A DNA stretch of 64,000 nt from Amphiscolops sp. MND2022 (taxonomy: Eukaryota). The notes beneath the pieces were generated by a model that did not search any database, was not told the origin of the DNA, and saw only the letters and a list, made by a program, of their open reading frames with translations. The DNA lies in NCBI GenBank assembly GCA_964187785.1, contig OZ076416.1:37882001-37946000 (forward strand). Reading direction: 5' to 3'. Both the position numbers and the translations under genes were made by a program. This document shows, piece by piece, positions 12,013-24,926 of this stretch (within the stretch, counting starts at the first letter, position 1; the number at the start of each line of letters is the position of its first letter).

Positions 12013-12640
12013 AAAACCCATACGACTGTGAGACGTCAAATGAGAACTGGTGACGAAAGATTAGTCAATAATTACAAACATCAAATCCTAACTTTTTTAA
12101 ATGTATTTTGCACCACTTTTTTTCCTTGCATCTATGTGACCAAACTAGCTGATTTTCTGCATGGCATAGCATTTGTGTTTTTGGAGGAACGATGTTACAG
12201 TATTGAAGATACAAGGTTTTTTTGTTTTGTTCGCTGCCTAGAAAGAAGTGGACTTTACACGCAGAAATTCGGGAATGGCCTTTTTGTATTTTTTTTTCAA
12301 GGACCCAACCCAACATATTGAGTTTATTTCATACATGTTGAAAGTATGCTTTTAAACTTCGTTTATCCCATACCGCCGACCCCAACCATTTCTCTATTGC
12401 TGTGCCCACGAACATACCCACACCCTCTATCTCATTGCCCATACCCTAGTGCTGCCCTCGTTGTTATTTATCACACCACGGATAGACCGCCCTAAGCAAT
12501 CTAAACCTTTTCTCGAACATTAAAGTAGACTATTCCACTGCGCAATGCCAAAAAGAAAATTGCTAAAAGATATTTCTAGTAGGTTGTAGAGATGAAGCGA
12601 TGAAAGATGAAATTTGGATGAAAGTGATGGTATTTGTGTT

Positions 12641-12937
12641 TTACGATAAAAACTTCGGAGGGGACGCCTTTTTGAAAACTCTTTGAAGTGTTCGACGTGC
12701 TAATCGGAGCCGAAGCGTCTGACCCTCCACCCGTTCCCCTGGAATAGGGAGATTCATCAGGAACAGGGTAAATTCGACCCAGCCAGGCAACAGATATTCT
12801 AGCAACAGCTGTTCACCATCCTCCAATACCATTTTGATGCCATGTTCCCCGTCCGCACTCATGCTCTGCGTAGAGAAAGCCCTCCGAAAGTAGAGGGACG
12901 CCCATTGTATTCGTATTACGATATTCTCTTGCACCAT
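12641..12937 (-). CDS. Antisense accessory ORF (~98 aa) in the 3' internal region
   Basis: MVQENIVIRIQWASL...LQRVFKK. The ATG position and peptide are conserved in the diverged relative (MIQENIFMRIQCASL...LQRVFKK, ~23900-24193). Confidence 0.55.
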   Translation of the reverse strand: MVQENIVIRIQWASLYFRRAFSTQSMSADGEHGIKMVLEDGEQLLLEYLLPGWVEFTLFLMNLPIPGERVEGQTLRLRLARRTLQRVFKKASPPKFLS

Positions 12938-13405
12938 TGCGTTCACGGATCACGAAATTAGGAAGATGTAAGATCACAATTTAGTAGTTCCGAAATGTCA
13001 ATTTGGTGAAAGCTGATTGTGGTAAAAGAGTAAATTTGTTGAGTAAACAAAACTTTCAACGGCGGGAAACACTTCTCATATAGTTTTTGACTCTTTGACG
13101 TACTTCTGAAAGCGAATATCTAAGCAAGTGAAAGGAGAACCATTTAAAAACAACTCCACACCTGAATGTTACTGAAAATAATGAAATACAGGAAACAATT
13201 GTTTGCTCTCTAAACAGAAGATCTCGAAGTAGCCCTCCAAATGAAACCTCCCGAGTACGAAAGACTTGAAAACATATATTTTCGTTAGAGCGGACAGACT
13301 TCGCGAAGTAAATTTGCCGAGTAAACAAAGACAAGAACGGGGAGATATTCACACCATTCAAATTTCGGTTGCTTAGCGAGTGTTAGTAAAACTATTTTTT
13401 ATAAA

Positions 13406-13699
13406 ATGGCGTCCATTGGATTATACTGGTCTTGGGACTGTGGGGAATTTGATGAAATAGTGGTTCTAGAGCGCGTATTCTTCGATTGTGGTGAAGGACC
13501 AATGGTCGCCCGAATCCATTGCTCGGGTAGACCACGGCGAAGGGATGTGGAGGTCCCTCCAGGCACGAGACGGTGGTCCAGCTTGCTGGAAACTCTCAGA
13601 GAGGTCTTCAACTTCGCCGGAAACCTGAATCACATGGAGCGGCAGAATGTGAGAATATTAATAGATTTAATGACCAACTCAAGAAAGTGTCGGGAGTAA
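13406..13699 (+). CDS. Sense accessory ORF (97 aa) in the 3' internal region
   Basis: AAAATGG start context. Weak peptide similarity to the relative at ~24450-24690 (ERVFF/EEIFF, REVFNF/EDVFKF). Confidence 0.4.
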   Translation: MASIGLYWSWDCGEFDEIVVLERVFFDCGEGPMVARIHCSGRPRRRDVEVPPGTRRWSSLLETLREVFNFAGNLNHMERQNVRILIDLMTNSRKCRE

Positions 13700-14018
13700 C
13701 ATATCGCAGACAGTTTTCCATACAGGGACCTTTTCATGTTCTTCATCAGATCTTTCACTCTATGTAGTTTCATTGGTTCAACATTTTCATGACTAAATAA
13801 CCTGAGGGTGCTATTTTAATAAAATTATGTTTAAATTGACTGATAAATATTTATTATTCCTTTTAAGCTGTGTTATACTAGTTCTTGAAATCTTTAGATA
13901 TTATCAATGATCGGTACCCTTTTTTTGGAAATCGTTCTGACCAATGCCTAGCCCCCCATAATCATTGTTTATGTTTAACCATGCCCCACGATTCAGCCAA
14001 CGAGAGAGAAAAAAATCC

Positions 14019-14030
14019 AGAAGGGAGGAG
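14019..14030 (+). promoter_or_regulatory. Polypurine tract
   Basis: AGAAGGGAGGAG directly abuts the TGT start of the 3' LTR. Confidence 0.85.
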
Positions 14031-16056
14031 TGTGGAATTTTTGAATTTTGGCGTTTTAGAAAAATCCCATCCCTTTTGCATGAAGCGGACGATAAACAGA
14101 ACTATGTTAATCTCGTTTTTAGACCGCCGGAATAGTGAAAACAGCTGAAAGGGCTGACAATAGCATGCTTCGATATGGCTTATTTGGCAAACTAAGTGTT
14201 TACTTAGTAAACGAATCTTCTTAGGCAAAATTAACGAGCTAGTGAGTGACGTCGACAATGAAATTGTTTGAATCGACCAAGTCAGAGTTGAAACTCTGAG
14301 AGCGAATTTTACCACTTTCGAGCAAAAATATTCTAAGATACGCTAGGGAAAACCAATCGTCAATTTTCGTCAAACCCCCGTCAAAAGGGTTTTTCTCAAA
14401 GACTATCAATCGTAGATACTCGAAATTTGGCACACGTATACCTGAGCTGTAATGGTACTCATTTATAACAACAGAACTGAGCCGGGACCCCCCAGCCCCA
14501 CGCTATTAACACCGGAAGTGACCCAGGTTGAACCCCCTATGAACTCGTCGGCTAAGCACGGAATAAGGTGTATTATATATAGAATTGATATCCCATGTAA
14601 AATTAGGCCGTTTGCGCATGTTTTCGGAACCCTATGACGCGTGTAGGAGGAGTACGGACCCTAAGTAAATAAACCCCGAACGTTATGTAAAAAACCAACG
14701 GACGACCCGAAGATCATGAAACTTACCCAAGATGTTCACCTAGCGACCCTAAGTAATATACATGAAAGATACATTGATCGATCCACAACGCGCGGAGTAA
14801 TGTTTGTTTAAGGCACGCGGGACCGGACGCGCGGGCCCGACCGATGAATGACATTTGACCTTGGCTTGTAATATCTCAAGCGAACCGGAATGATCAATGT
14901 AGACGATTTGTAACGTGAATGAAGCCGTATTTGTAACCCATGCGGGGGTAGTCGCCTTAAGTAAACAAACTATACGCATATCATGTAACTCGAAGACTAC
15001 TGACCCTACAATGATATAACTTGGCATGTAGCAACTTTGGACGAGGACAAATAACTTCAAGGTCACCGAAGGACCTCAAGGTCATTTTAGATGTAATCCC
15101 GGAACATCTGGAAAAAGTTGCGATAAAACATGTAAATCAGCGCCGTTTGTGTGATAATTTATGCAATTCAGTCAGGCGGGACAAATTGCGAGGCATTGCG
15201 CCCCAAAAGGACGGAAAAGAACCCCTTACGTGTAGAGAGCATGTAAACCATGTAACCGAAGGTCATTGAACGATTATTTCGATATTAGAAATATCTGGGG
15301 CGACTTGAATTATTATTGAAATGTGAACTTTGCACAACTATTGTTGAATTATTTGTCGTTGGCGGCAAAGAATGTTTAGTCGATGTATAATTAGAAGCGA
15401 TCGCCTTGCCATAAAAGGAATAGTCAACATGAAGGTAAGCTCATGCAAATTTAAGACGCCGACGCCCTGTCATATAACTAAAATGTCATGTATGATAGAA
15501 AGTAAAGACGAAACCACCCGAAATGCGGGCGATGAACAAACATTATTGAGGCTGAATTACAAAATACTTGGAGAGACAGAACCGAGTTAGAAAGCTGGGA
15601 TCAAGTTGAGTCTTGCGGAGACAAGATACTTGTTCGGAATAACACTCCGGCGCGCTTCTCAACCGAGTAAGAGAGCTAGAAGAAAGTTGAGTCTCGCGGA
15701 GACAAGAGACACTTCTAGATTACGTTGTTGCTAGTTCAGTAGGTTTACATGACAAGTCCGGGACTTGTGATAAACCTGTAGTTGGCCGAATCGAAGATTG
15801 TTTCTTCGATTGATGATATTAGTTAGTTTGACTGATTTGAGTTACCCAGTGTTTTTTTTGGGATAAAGAAGTAATTGTATTATTCCCTTACTCGAAGTTT
15901 TTGGAAGACGCGAGCCGATAGAGCAAATCTGGAGAGAGAGAGAAATAGACAGTAACTTCAAGAGAATTGGCTAACTCACTAAAACAACCTTTTTGTCTGT
16001 TAAGCTTCCAATCCAAGGTAAAACTCTCACCGACCCCCGAATTGGATTTTCATACA
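14031..16056 (+). repeat. 3' LTR (2026 bp)
   Basis: TGTGGAATTT...GGATTTTCATACA, colinear with the 5' LTR apart from small indels. Confidence 0.92.
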
Positions 16057-16530
16057 TCATGATATGAACGTAAATGATAGTCAAAAAAGCAAGTTATTTG
16101 CATACTATTTAAGACCCCCAGAGTACGCTTTGGGATGGAACGAACCCTATGTGAACAGACCCGATACGCTGGTTTGATTCTTTACCAGGCTGCCCTACAA
16201 TCAATAAACTTGACTTAAATAATAATCTACTAACCCCAAAATAAAACTTTGAAAGTTCAAGGCGAAAAGATTTGTTTTCTGAAGAAAGCAGGTCCGCACC
16301 TGAGTACCTTAAGGAAAAGATACGTTCGAACGTTGCTTGTAAAACCTCAAACATCGTATTAACACGTTGATTGTTATGATCATGGAACTGTAACAGCTGC
16401 TAATGAGCAGTTCGTCGTTTTCATTAAATAAACTATGCCCAAATAACTGGTGATACAGCAGCTTTATATGTTGGGGAAAACGTTCAGGTGAACCTGAAAA
16501 GCAAACCAAGAGCGGTTTCTGTCTAAGTAG

Positions 16531-17055
16531 AACAAGACGAGAACGTCTAAAGTCGGCGCTATCTCTAAGGCTCAAAAAGCGCAAAACATTTTTTTTGGAA
16601 AAAAACTTGAAATTTTCGAAAGTTTTTCTCTTTCGGAAAATGTCGCCCAGTGCCGAAAAATGTAAAAGGGGGACCCTTTTTGATTTATAAACATGCATTC
16701 CGTTGCAAAATAACAAAAAACTCAAAGGGGGACAAGTAAAAAATGAAAGGATGGACCCTTTGGAGACAGGAAAAATTTCGAGAAAAAAGTCGCACAGTGC
16801 CGAAAAAAATCGAAAGGGGGGACTCTTTAGTCCCGTCCGGCTTTGTAGGTTACCTTGAACAAGTAAAAAACGGAAGGGGGGACCCTTTGCACTAAGTTTG
16901 CCTTGGCCCCTTGGCCGGACTTGGCGCCTTAGGTGGTTTCAGGATTGTTTCTAAAAAGTGGACCGATCAGTGTGAGGATTGTAGTCTGAAGAAAAAAAAA
17001 GGTCACTGCTATAGTCGGGCATTTTTCCTTAAAAGGATAAAGCGCCGCCTAAAAA
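16531..17055 (+). mobile_element. Helentron/HINE-like repeat, family 1
   Basis: AACAAGACGAGAACGTCTAAAGTCGGCGC start, TATAGTCGG...AAGCGCCGCCTAAAAA end, GGGGGACCC modules. Confidence 0.55.
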
Positions 17056-17334
17056 TAGGCATTAAAACATGTGAAGGTAGGTTGTAAGCAAAATAATTGA
17101 AGCAATGCGATTAGCCGAGAACAGTGGTGACGAACCGCATCCAAGCGGACGTAAAATGGTTTTAACATTTAGGGAAAATGCAAACAAGTTAGTTGAAGGA
17201 CAATATGCTGCCGTTTTTTCGTCTGAATTTTTTGTTGACTCACTCGAATTGTTAAAAAGTATGAACGCCAGTCAAGGTAACGAAGTACACATATAAACAC
17301 ATGCAACCAGAGATGCGGTATTTCAATATAGAAG

Positions 17335-17820
17335 AAGAAGCCGGGACCGGCCCAAGTCGGCGCCATATCTAAGGGTCAAAAATAGCAAAAGGACTTCAAA
17401 ATGCCAAAGTTTTGGTGAATTTAGAACATTTTATGGAAATATTGTTTTGAAAAAAGTCTCAAAATTCCCAAAAAAAAACTGAAAAGGAGGACCCTTTGGG
17501 ATTTTTTAACATCCATTCTGTTGCAAAACTCCAAAAATTTGAAGGGGGACCCTTTGGTGGAAAAAAGTTGAAAAACAGTCGCAGAGTGCCGAAAGAAATC
17601 TAAAGGGGGACCTTTTGGTCTCGTCAGGTATTGTATGTTACGCGGGAAACCTTTTTGGTTCAGTTCCTTGGGCCAACGGGTACATTTTGACGTCTTCTTA
17701 AAGTTTCGGAAAAACTTTTGGGGTAAAACTGGTTTGGTCACTTCGTTTGTATTGAAAAAACACTGACGAAAAGCCATGACTATAGTCGGCGCTTTTCAGG
17801 ACAAGCGCCGATTAAAAAAG
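17335..17820 (+). mobile_element. Helentron/HINE-like repeat, family 1
   Basis: GCCGGGACCGGCCCAAGTCGGCGCC start. The 3' hairpin TCGGCGCTT-TTCAGGAC-AAGCGCCGA is followed by an A-run. Confidence 0.6.
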
Positions 17821-18550
17821 AAAGCAAACGAAACTTATAAGCATTAACAAAATTCAAAAATGGACACCAGTGAGTAAAAGAGTTCAAAACAAGTTGGGCC
17901 TCAGAAAACTAGATAACATTCAGTTTGGTTGATTTGATGTGTTCTAGTTACAGAAAATTAATTTTTGTTTTGCAATGCCTGTTACAAAGTTAGCATTAGA
18001 TTCGCCAAAAAAATCATTTTGGAATGAAATTGATTGAAATTAGTTGATAAAGACGATATGGAATTTCTAGTTTTGAGAGATTACAAAAGTCCAATGACAG
18101 TGCGCGAAGCCAAGACGATAGACAAACTTTGTTTGTTACGTTTTAAGACTCACTGAAAGGGGAAACATCAGCCGAATAGACTGATTATTGCGTGTTTTGT
18201 CAAGGCCTAATTGGCGAACCTGGTGTTGACACAGTAGACGATACTCATCACCACCTCTTTGCAAAGTTGAATCGACGCTAACACAAAGTCGATCCCTTGG
18301 AGCGAATTTTACCAAGTTTCACTGTCGAGCGAGAATATTTTAAGGTTCAAGTGTTACAAACCCCGATTGTTATGTAAATCGTCACCAGTTGACCCGAGGA
18401 TCATGAAACTTTCCTAAAATGTACACCTACCAACCTTAGTAAAATACAATTCGAGTAGAATACATGAAAGATACATTGATCAACCCATGGCCCGCGGAGT
18501 ATTGTTTGCTCAAAGCACGCGGGACCGGAGGCGTTGACTCGGTTGAAAAA

Positions 18551-21132
18551 GAACATTTGACCTTGGCTTGTAATACCGCAAACGAACCGTAATAACGAGT
18601 GTTGTCGATTACTAGCGTGGATACAAATGTGTTTGTGACCATTCGTGGGGTAACCGCCATAAGTAAACAAACCATACTCATATCATGCAACTCGGGAACA
18701 GTTGACCTTGGGACCCTATATCTTGGAATGTAGCAACATTGGATGAATTAAAAAAATTCAAGGTCACCGGCGGGTATCTGGTCATTTCAGAAGCAACCCC
18801 TGAAAAAACAAGAAAACGTTTCTTAAAATGCTATTTATCGTAATTAGCGTGATAATTGTTTAGAAAAAGAAACCCAAACACAAAGAACACATGTGTGCAA
18901 TGTACTTGAAGGTCATTGAGCGATTCATTCGACATTAGAACCATCTTGGGCGACTTAAATTATCCTAGAATATGGACTTCGGACAAGAGGGTAAATTAGT
19001 TGTCGTTGACGGGAAAGAATGTTTCGCGAAGTAAAACTAATATCGTTCGCCATGCAAAAAAAGAAGAAGTAAACATGAAGGGAAACACATGCAAACATAA
19101 GACGCCGACGCCCTTTAAAGAAAAGACAGAGTATGATGAAAAGAGGAAGTTTAACCACGCGAAACACCTGCAATGAACATATTTAATTCCAGGCGCAATT
19201 GAAGTATACTGAAAGAATACAACCGAATTAGAGAGCTAGAAGCATGTTAAGTCTCGCGAAGACAAGATACTTTTCTAGAAGACTGCGTTGTCGCTAGCTC
19301 AGAGTAGATTTTCTGACAAATCCGGGACTTGTGACTTGGTTGAACTTCGAGTTTCAACAAGATTGAATTACGCCAAACGTACCTAGTGGAATCGCAGATT
19401 CGATTCTGATGGTATCCTCTCCTTTGCAATTTTATATAGTATTTCTTCATTATTCCACTGAATTTTATAGCTCTCATCTTCATCATCAAATGAAATATTG
19501 CAATCTGCTTGTCGTGAGTTGATAGTCACGAGCCGATAAAGCAAGAATGGAGAGAGAAATTGACAGTAACATTGAGAGAACTGACAAACTCACCTAAACA
19601 ACATTTTTTCTGTAAGGCACCCTATTCCAGGTAATTCCTCTCTCCAAGCTGCCGAATTTGATTTTTCAAGAGTGGCACTCCCGTGTGGGCTACGCGTTCA
19701 TTTTGATGTTACGGTGTATGTGTGTGGACACTGTTTAAAAAAGCAGTGGATTTTATAGAGTTATCAACAAGGAAGACTTGAAAGATGCATACTGAAGAAC
19801 GATGTCTTGCTGAGACCAAATGGATGACATTTGAACTTGGCTTGTAATACCGCAAACCAACCGTAATAACGAGTGTTGTCGACTACTAGCGTGGATACAA
19901 ATGTGTTTGTGACCATTCGTGGGGTAACCGCTTTAAGTAAACAAACCATACTCATATCATGTAACTCGGGAACAGTTGACATCGGGACCCTATATCCTGG
20001 AATGTTGCAACATTGGATGAATTAAAAACTTCAAGGTCACCGGCGGGTATCTGGTCATTTCAGAAGCGACCCCTGAAAAAACGAGAAAGGGTTTCCTAAA
20101 ACATGCTAATTATCGTAATTGCGTGATAATTGTTTCGAAAAAGAAACCCATAGACAAAGAACACATAGAAAAAGAAACCCATACACAAAGAACACATGTG
20201 AGCAATGTACTTGAAGATCATTGAGCGATTCATTCGACATTAGAACCATCTTGGGCGACTTAAATTATCCTAGAAAGTGGACTTCGGACAAGACAGTAAA
20301 TTATTCGTCGTTGACAGCAAAGAATGTTTTGCGAAGTAAAACTAATATCGTTCGCCAGGCAAAAAAAAGAAGTAAACATGAAGGGAAACACATGCAAACA
20401 TAAGACGCCGACGCCCATTAAAGAAAAGACGAAGTATGATGAAAAGTGGAAATGTAACCACGCGAAACACCTGCAATGAACATATTTACTTCCAGGCGCA
20501 ATTGAAGTATACTGAATGAATACAACCGAATTAGAGAGCTAGAAGCATGTTAAGTCTCGCGAAGACAAGATACTTTTCTAGAAGACTGCGTTGTCGCTAG
20601 CTCAGAGTAGATTTTCTGACAAATCCGGGACTTGTGACATGGTTGAACTTCGAGTTTCAACAAGATTGAATTACGCCAAACGTACCTAGTGGAATCGCAG
20701 ATTCGATTGAATCCTGATGGTATCCTCTTCTTTGCAATTTTATATAGTGTTTCTTCATTATTCGACTGATTTTCATAGCTCTCATCTTCATCATCAAATG
20801 AAATATTGCAATCTGCTTCTCGTGAGTTGATAGTCACGAGCCGATAAAGCAAGAACTGGAGAGAGAAATTGTCAGTAACATTGAGAGAACTTACAAACCC
20901 TCCTAAACAACCTTTTTTCTGTAAGGCACCCTATTGCAGGTAATTCCTCTCTCCAAGATGCCGAATTGGATTTTTCAAGAGTGGCGCTCCTGTGTGGGTT
21001 ACGCGTTCATTTGATGTTACGGTGTATGTGTGTGGACACTGTTTAAAAAAGCAGTGGATTTTACAGAGTTATCAACAAGGAAGACTTGAAAGATGCATAC
21101 TGAAGAAAGATGTCTTGGTGAGACCAAGTGGA
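18551..21132 (+). repeat. Tandem duplication of distal LTR + PBS + leader (~1.3 kb x2)
   Basis: 18551-19824 and 19825-21132 are colinear. The junction is AGACCAAATGGA|TGACATTTGAAC. Confidence 0.85.
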
Positions 21133-23352
21133 AAAACATTGGAAGATATTGCCAGAAGATGTCAAAATCTTTCACGAGAGATGTGTTCAGGGCCATTTTG
21201 GAAAGTAAATTGTCTGTGGAAAAGGAATTGGATGATCCCAGTGTGCCTGGCGTTTTAAGCAGAGCATTGGAAGTGACTGGAGTAACGCAGACGGAAGCTA
21301 TCAAAGAACATATCTTTCATCAGTCTCAGCAGAGCGCTGACGAAAACGCCTTTTACCATGTCCGACGAGTGGGCGCAGTCAAAACACTCGCTATGAAAGA
21401 AAGGAGCTTTGAGTTCTGAGTCGCAGATAGTGCCTAAAGCTTAACTGACAAGTTGCTCCAGGATGTTGCAAAGCAACCCGCGATAGTTGCCTCCTTTGGC
21501 AACCGCGAAATGGTACACGCAGACACTTTGGAGAGTCAGTTGAATCTGCTGTGGATCCAAATGGACCGTGTTCGACTTTGTGACGCCGAGGCAGAGGCTC
21601 ACGAAGAAGATATGCCGATCGACTGAGAACACGTAAGCGTTGTTCAATGTAACGGAATGTAAGATGTAAAAAATTACAAACGCTTGACGTGGGGCGTTGT
21701 CAACAACTGACTGTAAGGGCTCATGCTGGGGTTTTGAAAACTGCGATGACAAACTTGATGATCTCGTTGGAGAAAAAAGGTACTCCACACAGGCAGCATC
21801 GGCGAAGCAAATTGTGGAGGTACTCAAGTGACGAAGAGTAGTAAGATTACAGAACGATGAACTCCTGAGCGAGTTGGATGGTGGCAATGACTATGATTGA
21901 CCATACGAGCTGCTGACACTCGAAGAAGCCCTTAGACATTTTGATGAGAGCAGCAAATCAGGACTAGCCAGCAAAAATCATGTGAGCCCCCCACTGCCTG
22001 AAACAAGTTGCAAATCGATCTCAATCCCAGAAACTTCGACGTGAAACAATGAAGATACTGAGTGTTCACCAATATTCGATGTTAGGTCTTGAGAAGCAAC
22101 TGTTCAACGGGTTTTGGTGGAGTATGATGTGGATTTAAACGTTCAGATGATCACACTGATCGACTAGAAATTGAAATATTTGAAAGCGCAGTAGTTTGAC
22201 TGAACAATGAAGCAGCAGTTGCAGACGTTTAACTAATATGTACTGAGAGGACGACGCTTTCCAGTGAAAGATGTTCTTTTATATTAAAAGAACCAATGGA
22301 GCGCCTGCAGAAAATCACGGAAATGCATTACCCAACAAAGCAAGTGTGTTTTCGAATCATTAGAAAAATTAGCTGAATCGAAACTTCAACTCTTGAAGCA
22401 AGACAGTCAGAACTGGATGCATGTGTAAAGGACAGAAGCAAAATGGCCGGAGCACGGAATTCGTCGAGATCTAGCTGAGCCATGGGAGTGTGAGGCAGCA
22501 CATGCATTTTTTCCCCAAAACTGCTGCTGGGCCACGAAATAGAGAGAAAGCAGAGCTTCCTACCGCTTCGGAAAGAGTGATAGATGTTGGATTCAACACG
22601 AGAGAAGTCCGAGAATTGTATTAATGTTCTTGAGTACTGAGGCTCCAATGAACGATTGGGTGTTCTCATTTCTCACTGCATGCAGCAAGAGTGTTGCCCC
22701 AGAATTGAACGGTAAGTTCGGCGGAGTCTCTGAAGACAATCCACGTGGACACTTTCTAGAAAGGAAGTCTCTCTGTACGCTCTTTTGGACGATGTTCACT
22801 AAACCTTCGAGGAATTATCCATAGCATCAATGTCATGAGGCTATGATGACGTCAGTTCGTGAACTCCGACATTCAAAGCCCATATCAGCAACCGACCAAG
22901 CGAGACAAAGTCGTATGAATACATGGGAATCAGGTGTTGACGATTGGCTACCATCAAGGTGCCTAACGTTGTGTGATGATAACGGAAGTGCCAAGAAAGT
23001 ATAAGGAAAAATGATACTCGAAGGCGTTGATTCATGTCCAGTGGTGCGGATCTGCAAGATGACATCAGCTCCAGAAGGGAAGTGGTTCTGCCACCCACAA
23101 ACAATGCGTGAGCCGCAAAAATGGCCTGTTTTAAGAGTTCTTTTCGACAGTGGACATCGAAATGGTTGTGCTGAACGACAACAAAATGTGTCTGTGTCAA
23201 GCGCTGATCCTTCCAGCTGGGTCAGTCACAGGAAACACGGAAGTTGGAAAGCGAAGAAATCGTCGCCGGAAGACTTGCGGACAGATAATTTATCAGTGAA
23301 CGACAAGTGTCTTCACACGATGTCGAACGAAGGACTGCAAGATGCATTATGA
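21093..23352 (+). pseudogene. Decayed gag-like/ORF2/ORF3 region of the second LTR element
   Basis: MHTEERCLG...ELDDPSVPGVLSRALEVTGV aligns with ORF1 MDTEERGLG...ELGDPSVIDVLSRTSEVIGV. Confidence 0.8.
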
Positions 23353-24744
23353 AAACGGCCAACGAAGATTAGTCATTGATTCCAAGCATCAACTTCTATT
23401 TTTTTTTGCAAAAAATCCTTTTCTTAAATCAATGTGACTAAACTTGCTGGAATGCTGCATGGCATTGCTTTTTGTTTCGGAGGAAGATACTACTTTCTTT
23501 TACCAGCCCAGACATATGTGGAAGGTACATCAGAAGTTCGGAAACGGTTTGTGTCTACGTTTTGTTGAGGACCCAATCCAACAGGTTGTTTTTTTCATGT
23601 TGAGAACATGCTTCAAAGTCCCATAAACTAAAACCGCCGAACCTAACCAATTTTTTGAAGTTTGTTCCGGCGAACACACTCATTTCCCTGTTTTTCTTGT
23701 ACCCCTGGTGCTGCCCTTTTTGTTGCGTGATTAGACCACGGAAACAGCTAAAACAATATAAAAGTAGGGTCAGATCTCCACATTAGGATTGAGGCTAGTT
23801 AAAAACTCGCTTTCTATATGGGAAAAAGAAATGATGCAATAAATTGTTTCTAGTAGGATAACGGAAAATGATTAAGTGTGAAAATGATGGTCGTGGATAA
23901 ATTCAGGAGAGAAAGACAGGGGCGTCTTCTTCTTGAAAACTCTTTGAAGCTCTCGTCAGTCCAAGCGGATCCAATTCCGCTCCTCGACATTCTACCCAAG
24001 ATTAGTGAAACTCAAAAGACGCAAAGTGAATATGACCAACACCGGTGATAGGGGCCCCAAGTTTAGTTGCTCTCCTCCCTCCAATACTAGGATAATGTCG
24101 GATCCCTTCGATGCTCATATTTTGTGTGGTAAAAACCGTGCAATGGTGAAGGGAAGCACATTGAATCCGCATAAAGATGTTTTCCTGGATCATAGTTTGA
24201 TTGGATCACGAAAACGAAAAGTATTCTATAGTTGAGAATACGATGCTCAAATTGGAAAGGATATTTGTCGATCCACTTTCAAAACTGACAAAAGCAAACA
24301 CAGCGAGAAAACAATTGTTTACCTTCTAGACAGCTTTCTAAAAGAAACCTCAGTTATGGGGAAGCATTGGCTAAAACAACTTTGTTGGATTTGATTGACA
24401 GGGTAATATCGAGCGCAATTTAACGACTTTAATAAAACATTATTCCGACAGGCTTCCCCGGGATTTTCTAGTTCCGTTGGACTGGACTATATCAAATTGT
24501 GGCTGGATGGGCGGCCTATACGCCTTGAACCATTCTGCAGAAACAGCTATATTTATGAAGAGATTTTCTTCGGGACTGGGAGATAACACGAACCCATCGA
24601 GATGACTAGGAGTATGAAGATGTTTTCAAATTCATTGAGTATATGAGTAATTTTGTACGACCTCATTACGCGGGGCTGATTGAGGAGTAGAATTGAAAAA
24701 TCGAAAATAGCTGCACATACACTGGATTTGAGGAATGAACCAAT

Positions 24745-24926
24745 GTAATAGCGCCATTATATCAATTTGGATTCGTAAACGCTTGCCACAGAACACAACA
24801 TTGGAACCGATGAGTTGAAAAATTATGACAACTGATCAGTTGTCATAATTTTTCAACTCATCGGTTCCAATGTTGTGTTCTGTGGCAAGCGTTTACGAAT
24901 CCAAATTGATATAATGGCGCTATTAC
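24745..24926. repeat. Perfect 182-bp palindrome with no spacer
   Basis: Arms of 91 bp centred on ACTGA|TCAGT (24835/24836). No mismatch found by eye. Confidence 0.95.

Larger units (their letters stand above)
6941..16056 (+). mobile_element. Full-length non-autonomous LTR retrotransposon (gag-like ORF, no recognisable pol)
   Basis: Two ~2-kb direct repeats with TG...CA ends, PBS after the 5' LTR, PPT before the 3' LTR, TSD TTATG (6936-6940) / TCATG (16057-16061). Confidence 0.92.
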
